Source of the DNA: a virus
IMG/VR virus record: IMGVR_UViG_3300021420_000016
Coordinates: 64,001 to 128,000 of that record
Direction: 5' to 3' (one strand)
DNA: 64,000 nucleotides
Position 1 is the stretch's first letter. Every line of letters starts with the position of its first letter. The notes beneath the pieces were generated by a model that was not told where the DNA came from, searched no databases, and was given only the letters and a program-made list of their open reading frames with translations. A program made the translations under genes and the position numbers. Shown here in pieces: positions 1 through 8,529 of this stretch.

Positions 1-332
1 TGCACTTCCCGGCCAGTCAGATCGAGTGGCTGACGGAACGCCTCGCAGCCCAGCAGGCGGTGAAACATGCCTAGGTCTGGCAGGCCACCTGCGAGACGGC
101 CGGAGTTGACCGCGCGCGGAGTCAAGATGATGCTGACCCGCGACAGGGTTGACTACTCCACGCTGAGGATCACTGATGACCCGGCAGTGTGGACCGACGT
201 CGAGACCGGGGCCAGCCACACGTCGGTAGTGATCGAGGGACCGGAGGAAGCCCGATGGCAGGCCGCCTGCGTACTGTTCGGCAAGGGCCTGAGCAACGCG
301 CCCTACTCCGATTACGACATGTGGTCACGGGC

Positions 333-743
333 ATGAGCGCGGCATCATGTGGTTGCCCCGAAGATGACGGCCTAGTCCGCCACCAGAGAGGGCTCTGTAC
401 CGATCCGGCCGTGGCTAGGCTCGGCTGGTATTTCGAGCCGGCCGAGAGCGCCCCGCAGTGCCCGCCATGGTGCACGAAGGACCACGGGAAAGACTGCGGC
501 GTGGCCTCCGGTGTGCACTTCACCCAGTTCTCGTGGCCTCGGGATTACGGCGGCCCCTCGGTATCCCTCCATCAAGCCCCTCAAGGCGCGCCGGCGCTCT
601 ACTTCGCCGGCGTCCGCATCGACCCGCTCGACGCCGGGTTGCTGGCTAGTGCGATGCGGCGACTTGGCCACCCGGATGTCGCTGCGGCCATCGCCGAGAT
701 GGCCGCCTTGGCCGATGGGTCAGATCGGGGGAGCGAGCAATGA
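333..743 (+). CDS. hypothetical protein (CPPWC motif)
   Basis: ATGA-type overlaps with both neighbours. Confidence 0.5.
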   Translation: MSAASCGCPEDDGLVRHQRGLCTDPAVARLGWYFEPAESAPQCPPWCTKDHGKDCGVASGVHFTQFSWPRDYGGPSVSLHQAPQGAPALYFAGVRIDPLDAGLLASAMRRLGHPDVAAAIAEMAALADGSDRGSEQ

Positions 744-1252
744 GCGCCGCCGAACTTCCTGACCTGCCGATAGAGCACGCGGTGCGCCCCCAGCCGCCGT
801 GGCGCACCACAGCGCTGCTCACCGAATGCGGCCGCCCCGTCGACTCGGTCACCGTCATCACCCGGGACCAGCTCATCGCCAAGGTCAAGCGCCAAGGGCA
901 GCAGCGAGCCGCGTTCACGACCTGCATGGTGTGCTGGCACAAGTGCCGCCACAACCACGCCTGGGACGTGGATCCCGTCGGCTGCCTGATGCGCGAGGCG
1001 GCCCGGTACGAGCACGCTTCCAGGCTCCGCATCTATTTCGGCGGCAACGAGCTACGCGACGCTGCCGAGAGCCAGCGGGCCGCTGATGCGAGTCGGTTCC
1101 GCGACGAACTGTTCGCTATCGCTGCCCTGATCGAGGCGCACCGGCCTGAGTTCGATGGATACTGCGAGGGACTGGCCGCAACAGGCAATCTCACTGAGAG
1201 GCGCACAGCCCGCCGGGCGGCGCAGTGGCGCGCGAAGGGAAGCCGGCAGTGA
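740..1252 (+). CDS. hypothetical phage protein
   Basis: 170-aa ORF, CxxC, translationally coupled. Confidence 0.6.
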   Translation: MSAAELPDLPIEHAVRPQPPWRTTALLTECGRPVDSVTVITRDQLIAKVKRQGQQRAAFTTCMVCWHKCRHNHAWDVDPVGCLMREAARYEHASRLRIYFGGNELRDAAESQRAADASRFRDELFAIAALIEAHRPEFDGYCEGLAATGNLTERRTARRAAQWRAKGSRQ

Positions 1253-1593
1253 ATGTCTACTTGGCTGCGAGCTGGTCGCTGAAGAATGAAATGCGGCAGG
1301 TCCGCAAGCTCCTGAACCAAGCAGGGCATCGGGTCACCTCGCGCTGGCTGGATGAGCCTGCAGAGCAGGGCCTGGCCGCACATGATCTCGCGGATGATCA
1401 CGAGATCGGGGCTAGGCACGCGGCGCAGGTTCTGGAAGATATCGATGCGCGACCACTGCCGGGCTGGTACCGGGAGGGCTTCGAGGGCGGCCAGCTCCGG
1501 TGGATCACCGATGAGGTGCACGGACGGGCCGGCATCTGGTTCCGCGAGATCGCGGAGGTTCCCATCGCCGCACAGGAGACTGTCCGTGCCTGA
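1249..1593 (+). CDS. nucleoside 2-deoxyribosyltransferase-like N-terminus (possibly truncated)
   Basis: VYLAAS...LNQAGHRVTSRW...EDID pattern; C-terminus does not continue the family pattern. Confidence 0.45.
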   Translation: MNVYLAASWSLKNEMRQVRKLLNQAGHRVTSRWLDEPAEQGLAAHDLADDHEIGARHAAQVLEDIDARPLPGWYREGFEGGQLRWITDEVHGRAGIWFREIAEVPIAAQETVRA

Positions 1594-1964
1594 CGATCAC
1601 CGGGAAACCGAGGAGTGGCAGCCGGGTGGCGAACTGCCTCGCCTTGAGGATGCGACGGAGGGCGATCTGCGTTTGGCTGCGGTCACGCTGGGGCCGCTGG
1701 CCATGTACGGCGGCTTCCTGCGGGCTGTGCTGGCCGGCATCTACGCCGAACGGGCGCATCAGGCGCTCCTGAAGGCAGACCAGGACGCCGTGGCCGACGA
1801 TGACGTGGTTGCACCGTGAGCACACTCTTTTTCGCGTTCCTCGGCGGCCTTGCTGGCGTCGCCTGTTTCGCGATCGGCTGGTGGGCGCGGGGGTTTTGGG
1901 ATCAGCGCGGAGGATCCGGTGGGTGGGGACATTCGGGCTTTTAGCTTGCATGTAGGAAGGATGC

Positions 1965-2418
1965 ATGGTGGATCAACTGCCGGAGGTGTCCGAGGACGCC
2001 GTTCAGCGGGCAGCCGAGGTGATGCTGCGACAGTACGACCGCCGGTATTCCTCCGGGCATCTCACGTGGCGAGACTTCGCCGATGACGCCCGCGAGATCC
2101 TCACCGTCGCCCTGGCTCCGCCTCCCGGGGAATTGGAGCCGGCCGAGCGACCGGCGTTCGAGGGGGAGGTTCCCGGCGGCTGTGAACTGGTGGCTGTTCC
2201 GGACCCGAACTGGCGGCTGGTGAGCGGGAAGCGCTGCCGGCGCCAGGAGGCTTTCCATCGGGTGTGCGTTAACCCGGCCGTGGCTGAGTTCTGTCGTGCC
2301 CATGGTCATTCATTGGTGGGGGTACTGCCCGGCGCACATGTATGGCCGGTGGGTCGAGAACGGCCGGGTCATGCACTGGACGCTGCGCGAGAAAGGCCCC
2401 AGCCCTCGCGGGGGGTGA
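1965..2418 (+). pseudogene. phage protein frameshifted by a CATT duplication
   Basis: CATTCATT at 2307-2314; removing one copy gives ...HGHWWGYCPAHMYGRW... ending at TGA 2418. Confidence 0.5.
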
Positions 2419-2462
2419 GGGGCTATCCTGTCATACCTTACGGGCGAAGGAGGTGAGCGGTC

Positions 2463-3983
2463 ATGCCGACCGAGATGCGACTAGCCCAGCGGGCGTTCCG
2501 GTTCGCCCTCGACCCCACCCCCCGGCAAGCCCGCATGTTCGCCTCCCATGCTGGCGGCGCCCGGTTCGCCTACAACTGGGGTAACGCGCAGATCATCGCC
2601 GCACTGGACGCCCGGCAAGCCGAGAAAGATGCAGGTGCCGAGCCGACGGTGAAGACGCCGTCCCATTTTGACCTGTGCAAGGCGTGGACGGCGTGGAAGA
2701 ACGAGCACGCCGCCGATCCCGAGCCCGCCGACGGTGAGCGGCGCACGAACACCGCCTGGGTCGCGGAGAACTTCGTCGGCACCTACCAGGCCGCGCTCCG
2801 GGACGCCGCGAAGGCGTGGTCGGACTTCTTCGCCTCCCGCTCAGGGAAGCGAAAGGGGCGCCGTCTCGGCCGACCCCGGTTCAAGAAGAAGGGCAAGTCC
2901 CGGGACTCGTTCCAGGTGCACGGCGGGACGCTGCGCATGGAGGACGCCGTGCACGTGACGCTGCCGAAGATCGGCACGATCACGGTGATGTCGGACGATT
3001 CCCTGCACCCGGCGATGCGGCGCAGCCGCGCCCGCGCCACCCACCTCGCGCCGCGGCACATGGGCAACCGGCGGCGCGCCCGGACGCTGTGGCGGGCCCT
3101 CCGGCGCGGCGGGGGCGCCCGGCTGATCCGCGGGACCGTCACGCGCGGCGCCGATGGCCTGTGGTGGCTGTCGCTGACCGCCGAAATCCCCCTGCAGGTG
3201 CGCGCGTCCCCGTCCCGCGCCCAGCAGGAGGGGGGGATGATCGGCGCCGACTTTGGGGTGCGCGAGGTCGCCACGTTCTCCAACGGGGTGACGATCCGCA
3301 ACTCGCGCCACCTGGAAGCCGCCCTGGCCGAGCTGCGGGCCGCGCAGAAGGCCCTGTCCCGGTGTCAGAAGGACTCCATGCGCCGCGAAAAGGCCAAAGC
3401 TCGCATTGGCGTAATCCACGCCGACGTGGCCCGGCTCCGCGAAACCGCCCTGCACCGGGCGACGACCGTCCTGGTCCGCCAGCACGACGTGATCGCAATG
3501 GAAGGCTGGGACGTGCAGCAGGTCATGCGCGGCGGCTCCAAGGACGTCCCCCGGCGGATCCGCCGGGACCGGAACCGGGCCCTGGCTGACACCGGGGTCG
3601 GGATGGCCCGGCAGATGCTTTCGTACAAGGGCCCGCAGATGGGTGCCATCGTGATGGTGACCGATCCGCAGGCCAAGACTGGGCGGACGTGCTCAGTGTG
3701 CAGGACGCCAAGAACCACGGCCCTGCCACCGCATCATGAGATGTTCACCAGCGATCAGTGCGGTCACGTCCTAGACCGGCGCCTCAACACGGCGCAGGCC
3801 CTCGCGGGCTGGGCCGCACAGGAGCTATCCAAGCGCGGGCCGGCGCCTGCCGGCCCGTCACGGCCTCGTGGAGGGAACGTAAGGCCTGCCGCTGACCGCA
3901 AGGTTGGCGGTGGGCGGTCCCCGGTGAAGCGAGCAGCCAGCACCCGGCTTGGCCGGGGTGAGCCTGGCACTCCCGGCGGGTAA
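2463..3983 (+). CDS. tnpB: TnpB/Cas12-like RNA-guided protein, predicted nuclease-inactive
   Basis: N-terminal AFRFALDPTPRQ...GARFAYNW; RuvC-I GADFG (D263); RuvC-II AMEGW (E347); CSVC knuckle; RuvC-III DRRLN instead of DRDxN; RBS AAGGAGG. Confidence 0.9.
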   Translation: MPTEMRLAQRAFRFALDPTPRQARMFASHAGGARFAYNWGNAQIIAALDARQAEKDAGAEPTVKTPSHFDLCKAWTAWKNEHAADPEPADGERRTNTAWVAENFVGTYQAALRDAAKAWSDFFASRSGKRKGRRLGRPRFKKKGKSRDSFQVHGGTLRMEDAVHVTLPKIGTITVMSDDSLHPAMRRSRARATHLAPRHMGNRRRARTLWRALRRGGGARLIRGTVTRGADGLWWLSLTAEIPLQVRASPSRAQQEGGMIGADFGVREVATFSNGVTIRNSRHLEAALAELRAAQKALSRCQKDSMRREKAKARIGVIHADVARLRETALHRATTVLVRQHDVIAMEGWDVQQVMRGGSKDVPRRIRRDRNRALADTGVGMARQMLSYKGPQMGAIVMVTDPQAKTGRTCSVCRTPRTTALPPHHEMFTSDQCGHVLDRRLNTAQALAGWAAQELSKRGPAPAGPSRPRGGNVRPAADRKVGGGRSPVKRAASTRLGRGEPGTPGG

Positions 3984-4020
3984 CTGCTGGGCGTCCCCAC
4001 ACTGCCCGGATCGGGCTGCC
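3850..4020 (+). ncRNA. candidate omega-RNA-derived scaffold / tracrRNA
   Basis: CGTGGAG...GTAAG...hairpin...GTGAAGCG...hairpins overlapping the tnpB 3' end, as in actinobacterial tnpB right ends; repeat-complementary segment at 3992-4016. Confidence 0.55.
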
Positions 4021-4064
4021 TAACTCAATAGCGGAATCGCTTACAAACGTACAGGTCAAGAAGT
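4021..4064 (+). promoter_or_regulatory. CRISPR leader (actinobacterial type I-E style)
   Basis: AT-richer segment ending AAACGTACAGGTCAAGAAGT directly before repeat 1. Confidence 0.7.
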
Positions 4065-4527
4065 GTCCGGTCCGCGAGCGCGGGGGCGACGGGTCTTCAG
4101 CGGGAAGGTGCAGCTCTGCGAGCAGGTCCGGTCCGCGAGCGCGGGGGCGACGGGTGTGGGTACTCTGCGCGGGTTCAGCACAGGTTGTCCGGTTCGCGAG
4201 CGCGGGGGCGACGGGATTACGGTGCGATGGAAGCCGAAACCTTCAACGTCCGGTCCGCGAGCGCGGGGGCGACGGGTGCCCTCTCGCGACAGAGGTCCTC
4301 AGCACAGCGCGTCCGGTCCGCGAGCGCGGGGGCGACGGGGGAGTGCACCCGGAATGGCCCGCGCCAAGCGCGTCCGGTCCGCGAGCGCGGGGGCGACGGG
4401 GCGCCGAACTGCGAATTCGGTAGGGGCGTGTGGTCCGGTCCGCGAGCACGGGGGGGGCGACGGTGCCTCAGTCCAGCGCCGCCGCCGATGAAGCGGGCGG
4501 TCCGGTCCGCGGGCGCGGGGGATCCGG
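4065..4527 (+). CRISPR. CRISPR array, 8 repeats / 7 spacers, type I-E-like repeat GTCCGGTCCGCGAGCGCGGGGGCGACGG(G)
   Basis: Repeats start at 4065, 4126, 4187, 4248, 4311, 4372, 4433, 4500; mostly 61-nt period; distal repeats degenerate. Confidence 0.97.
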
Positions 4528-4571
4528 AACTTCTTGCCGATCCGGAACTTCATGTGGTTGGGTTGGTAGCC

Positions 4572-4901
4572 ATGCGCGGTGCGGAGCCGACCAAGCCGAT
4601 TGAATTAGCGCGGGTGGCCGACCAGCTCACCTTTCTCTACGTCGAGCACGCCCGGGTGGACCGCGACGTCAATGCCGTGACCGTTCAGCAGGTCTCCGGG
4701 ATCGCTCATGTTCCGGTGGCCACCCTCGCTGCGTTACTACTGGGCCCGGGAACCCGGATCACCCACGCCGCGATCACGCTGCTTGCCGGAAGCGGATGTA
4801 GCGTGCTGTGGGCCGGCGAACAAGGCGTGCGCCTTTATGCGGGTGCGGCTCGGCGTCGTCAAGGGCGGCGGGTCGGCGCTGATGGTGATCGCCGACCATG
4901 A
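4572..4901 (+). pseudogene. cas1: type I-E cas1, 5' third only
   Basis: LTFLYVEHARVDRD.NAVT...VPVATLAALLLGPGTRITHAA...LWAGEQGVRLYA; homology stops near 4845, so the catalytic domain is absent. Confidence 0.9.
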
Positions 4902-5043
4902 CCGTGAGCAGGGATTCACGGTACTAGCTGCAGGTGAGGACCGGTGGGTTCCCGTCGACTTCGAGGGACTGGCCCTGATGGTCCGGCCGGCCCGGAGCGG
5001 CGCTCCCCCGGCCGTTTCGGATGGCCCTATGCAAGTCCGATAA
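4845..5043 (+). pseudogene. cas2: type I-E cas2, 3' half
   Basis: GSALMVIA...REQGF...WVPVDFEGLALMVRP in a different frame, without its N-terminus. Confidence 0.8.
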
Positions 5044-5060
5044 TACATGTTATCGTTGGT
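5033..5060. other. dif-like tyrosine-recombinase site (11-6-11)
   Basis: AAGTCCGATAA-TACATG-TTATCGTTGGT with CGATAA/TTATCG inverted arms. Confidence 0.6.
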
Positions 5061-5063
5061 GTC

Positions 5064-5348
5064 ATGAGTAGCAGATCAGCAGGCCCCAGCGGCGCCTACA
5101 CATCTGGTGATGGCAAGCGGAAATCCTCCATGGGTCACGCCCGTCACGCCTGGACGTGCCCCTGTGGCAAGACCGTCCGGGGCAACGGCGGCCGGGCGTC
5201 TCACCGCCGCGCCTGCGACATCTGGGCTGAGGAAGAACTAGCCCGGCTGAAGCGAATGCTCGCCGATGTTCCAGCCGCACAGTATGAGGTGCGGCGTCAA
5301 TGGGAGGCCCGGCGAGACCACCTGAAGGAAAGGCTTGGCCATGACTGA
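5064..5348 (+). CDS. small putative Zn-binding protein
   Basis: CPCG...HRRAC; overlaps recombinase start. Confidence 0.5.
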   Translation: MSSRSAGPSGAYTSGDGKRKSSMGHARHAWTCPCGKTVRGNGGRASHRRACDIWAEEELARLKRMLADVPAAQYEVRRQWEARRDHLKERLGHD

Positions 5349-6516
5349 GATCGCCCTGCAGGGCCAAGTCGTCCCGGCCGTCACGCAGCCCGGGGATCCC
5401 CGCAGCGAACTCCTCGCCAGGCTCACCGCCGCCTGGCTGACCCGGCAGGAATCCCCTCACACCCGCGTAGCGTACGAGCGCGATCTCCGCGACTGGCTCG
5501 CCTGGTGCGCCAGCCGGGAGGTTCATCCGCTGACCGCACGCATGAGCGACGTGGACGACTGGATCGCCGCACAGCGGGAGACGCCGGGCCGGCGCGGAGG
5601 CTCGGCTCCCAAGTACCCCGACGAGGCCATAGCTGCCGCATACGTGCGCTGGAAGGCCGGTAAAGCCCCCGGCGGCGTGCCTGTCTCCAAGGCCGCGCTG
5701 GCCCGGGAAATTGGCATGTTCCCCAATGCGCTCGCCAGCAGGTTCAGGAAACTGGAGCGCGACCTCACCGCAGGGACTCCGCAGGGCGCGTCCAAGCGGA
5801 GCATCGCCCGGCGCGTTTACGCCGTCCGGTCCTGGTACAAGTACCTGATCCGGAACACCCGAAGCGACCCGGTGCCGCTCATCGCCTACAATCCGGCGGA
5901 CACCGACGCCACTCCCAAGGTGAAGAAAGGCGACTCCCCCACCCGTGCGCTCAGCCGGGCCGAGGCCGACCGGCTCATCGCGGTCGCCGACGCCGACAGT
6001 CCCCGGTCCTCGGCGATCATCCGCCTCATGCTCACCAACGCTGACCGCCGCAGTTCTGTCGTGGCCATCGACATCCCCGACCTCGGCTGGGACCAGGGTC
6101 ACCGGACCGTTACCAGGCGCATCAAGGAAGGCCGGACAGTCCGTGACCCCATCCCCCCGCCGACCGCTCGCGCCATTGACGCCTACCTTGACTGGCGGGG
6201 CAACCCGCAAGACGGTCCATTGTTCGTCGCCAGTACCGGGAATCGGCTTAGTGACCAGCATCTGTACGACCTCGTGCCCCGGCTGGCCCGGGAAGCAGAT
6301 ATCCCGGACCCGGAAGAGGTCACCCCACACGGTCTGCGCGCCACCGCCATCACCGAAACGATCGTCGCCACCGGCGACATGTCCCTAGCCCAGGATCTCG
6401 CCCACCATCAGCACATGGACACCACGATGATCTACAACAAAGTCCGGGGGGATCTCGACCGCCACGCAGCGTATGTCCTCGCCACGCGGTACGGCGCCAA
6501 AGACGCGAGCGGCTAA
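5341..6516 (+). CDS. tyrosine recombinase (Xer/integrase family) with inserted HTH-like segment
   Basis: SPHTRVAYERDL N-domain; NADRRS; TPHGLRATAIT; LAHH..MDTTMIY. Confidence 0.9.
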   Translation: MTEIALQGQVVPAVTQPGDPRSELLARLTAAWLTRQESPHTRVAYERDLRDWLAWCASREVHPLTARMSDVDDWIAAQRETPGRRGGSAPKYPDEAIAAAYVRWKAGKAPGGVPVSKAALAREIGMFPNALASRFRKLERDLTAGTPQGASKRSIARRVYAVRSWYKYLIRNTRSDPVPLIAYNPADTDATPKVKKGDSPTRALSRAEADRLIAVADADSPRSSAIIRLMLTNADRRSSVVAIDIPDLGWDQGHRTVTRRIKEGRTVRDPIPPPTARAIDAYLDWRGNPQDGPLFVASTGNRLSDQHLYDLVPRLAREADIPDPEEVTPHGLRATAITETIVATGDMSLAQDLAHHQHMDTTMIYNKVRGDLDRHAAYVLATRYGAKDASG

Positions 6517-6560
6517 CGGGCACCCGGTACTGCCGGTTCTGCTCAGTGATCCTCGAAAAG

Positions 6561-6632
6561 GCGTAAAAGGGAAGGCGCGGCCGGGCACCCTCGGAGTGTG
6601 TCCGGCCGCGCCCGTTTCCCGCGTTTTTACGC
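6561..6632. terminator. long hairpin between convergent recombinase and TROVE genes
   Basis: GCGTAAAA..GGCGCGGCCGGGCAC / GTGTCCGGCCGCGCC..TTTTACGC. Confidence 0.6.
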
Positions 6633-8315
6633 GGCCCGTTCGGCCGATGGCAACAGCCACGGCCAGGTCGCGTCGTGTGAGGCCTCCAGAATGGGGATCA
6701 GGCGGAAGGCGTTGTCGGTAAGCCCGCCCATGGTGTGCCGGTTCCCGCCACCCGAAGGCAGTCCCCCAGTCTTGTACCCGCCGAAGTTCCACAGGTACAC
6801 CGGCACGTGCCGCGGGATCAGGTCATCAATCCTGGTCGACGGCATGCCGCCCGCGAAGTGACAGTTCGACGGCAGGTACCCCGGGGAGGTCTGCTCGTCG
6901 GTGACGATCACCACCCGGTCGTGGTAACCGGCGCGGAAATGCTGCCGCACCGCCGTGGGGATGTCGGTCCCCCACTGCCCCGTGGTGAGCCGCTCCACCA
7001 GCTTGAGCACCGACTCGCCCTGGGTGAACCGCACGGCGGCGTTCACGCCGCGGCCGGTGTCCTGGCCCCAGAACTCCACCAGGTCGGCGTGGGCGGCGCG
7101 CAGGGCGATGGCTGCGGCGAACACGGCCGCCCCGTCGGCCCAGGACATGTCGGAGTGCTCGGACATGTTCTGGTGCCACATCGACGGCGACCGGTCCACC
7201 AGCACCAGCGTGCGGCCCGCCAGCGCGGGCACGTTCGCCAGCGAGTGGCCGAGGCCCTGCTCCAGCGGCCAGCCCCACCGCAGCGACGGGGCGTGCCGGT
7301 AGGCGGCGAGGAACCGGAACGGGAACAGCCGCGACCTGGCCACCCGGTCGGGGTCAGCCAGTTTCGCCGCGACCTCCGCCGCCACCGAGTCCGGGACGCC
7401 GGCCTGGTCGAAGTTCCGCAGGTTCTTCGCCAGCGCGCCCAGGCCCATCATCGGGATCGCCGCAGTCCACGCCTCGCGGGTCATCGGGCCCTGCAGCCAC
7501 CCGGCGAGGGCCTCCCACGTCATCCCCGCATCACGCAGATCCTGAGTTGCCTCCGGCCGGTTCAGCCACGCACGCCGTGCACCCTCCGGCATGGCCATCA
7601 GGGCGTGCCGGCGGCGGATCGTCGCCAGCACCTCCGGGACCGGGTTGCCCCGGTCGTGGCGCCGCTCGATCGCATACCGGTAAAGTGCTTCGCGCCACGT
7701 GCCGTACGCCCTGCGGTGATACCGCGGGTTGACGAGTTCGATAACGTCACCGAATCGCACTGCCGCCTCGTCGGTGTCGTACTTCAGCAGGGCGAACTCG
7801 TTGTAGAGGCGGTGGATCCCGTCGGCGAGGCCCCGCTTGAGCCCGATCGGCATCTTCCGGCCGTAGTTCGCCAGCCAGTAGGCGGTCAGCTCCCCCGGCT
7901 CGTCGGCGCGCTGCAGCACCGAGTCCACCACCGGCCGCGGGAACGTGGCGACGCCCACTTCCCGGCCCGTGCCGGCCTCGTCGCGGCGCGCCCAGGTGAA
8001 CTCCGCCGCGCCGATCACCGGCGCCAGGCGCAGGTTCCCGTCGCCGCGCAGCCACCCGAGCAGGCCGGCCGTCCATGCGGGGTCGGCGGCCGCCATCTCG
8101 CGGACGAGGTGACGGTAGCGCTTCACCCGGGCGTCGCGGCCCTCGTGGAACGCCCTCTCCCCCGGCAGGTTGCACGCCGCCAGGAGGAACAACTCGGACT
8201 GACCCTCGCGGGCATACCCGGGGGCACCCAAGGCGGTACGGCCGGACGGCCCCGGGCCGCTCACGACCGGGCTGGACGCGGCGGCACGGACAGGACCGCG
8301 GTTGAACTTGCTCAT
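6627..8315 (-). CDS. rsr: Ro60/Rsr-like TROVE + vWA RNA-binding protein
   Basis: VLQRADEPGE, MTWEAL, KNLRNFDQAG, SRLFPFRFLAAY; MIDAS VDRSPSM and IVTDEQ; start at MSKFN with upstream RBS. Confidence 0.92.
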   Translation of the reverse strand: MSKFNRGPVRAAASSPVVSGPGPSGRTALGAPGYAREGQSELFLLAACNLPGERAFHEGRDARVKRYRHLVREMAAADPAWTAGLLGWLRGDGNLRLAPVIGAAEFTWARRDEAGTGREVGVATFPRPVVDSVLQRADEPGELTAYWLANYGRKMPIGLKRGLADGIHRLYNEFALLKYDTDEAAVRFGDVIELVNPRYHRRAYGTWREALYRYAIERRHDRGNPVPEVLATIRRRHALMAMPEGARRAWLNRPEATQDLRDAGMTWEALAGWLQGPMTREAWTAAIPMMGLGALAKNLRNFDQAGVPDSVAAEVAAKLADPDRVARSRLFPFRFLAAYRHAPSLRWGWPLEQGLGHSLANVPALAGRTLVLVDRSPSMWHQNMSEHSDMSWADGAAVFAAAIALRAAHADLVEFWGQDTGRGVNAAVRFTQGESVLKLVERLTTGQWGTDIPTAVRQHFRAGYHDRVVIVTDEQTSPGYLPSNCHFAGGMPSTRIDDLIPRHVPVYLWNFGGYKTGGLPSGGGNRHTMGGLTDNAFRLIPILEASHDATWPWLLPSAERAA

Positions 8316-8358
8316 CCTCGCACGCCCCCTTTCGCTGGGGCTCCAGGCGGGAGAGGTA

Positions 8359-8524
8359 ACCTTCATGAATGACATGCCCGACAACGAATCGGCCCACGGG
8401 ACATAAGCGCTCTGCCAGTTGAGCTACGCCCCCAAAGTGGAGGCGACAGGACTTGAACCTGTAACCACTCGATCCACAATCGAAGTACCGCGAACCTGCA
8501 CTTCGGGCATGCCTTCATGAAGTT
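8359..8524 (-). ncRNA. Y RNA 1 (YrlA-like, permuted tRNA-like domain)
   Basis: CCCGAAGTGCAGG...GCCGATTCGTTGTCGGG closing stem; internal order T-arm, closed acceptor-like hairpin, D-arm. Confidence 0.85.
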
Positions 8525-8529
8525 GTACC

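Noticed and set aside
2463-3983. Active IS200/IS605 or IS607 insertion sequence
   Set aside because: No tnpA or serine recombinase adjacent, no clear left-end hairpin, and the RuvC site is altered.
4063-4571. ORFs 4063..4491, 4154..4423 and the N-terminal part of 4185..4901
   Set aside because: Translations of CRISPR repeats; only the part from ATG 4572 is cas1-like.
6735-8372. 545-aa plus-strand ORF, and similar long antisense ORFs (22544..24457, 35392..37194, 44267..45757, 52278..53990)
   Set aside because: High-GC shadow frames opposite recognisable genes, with no motifs.
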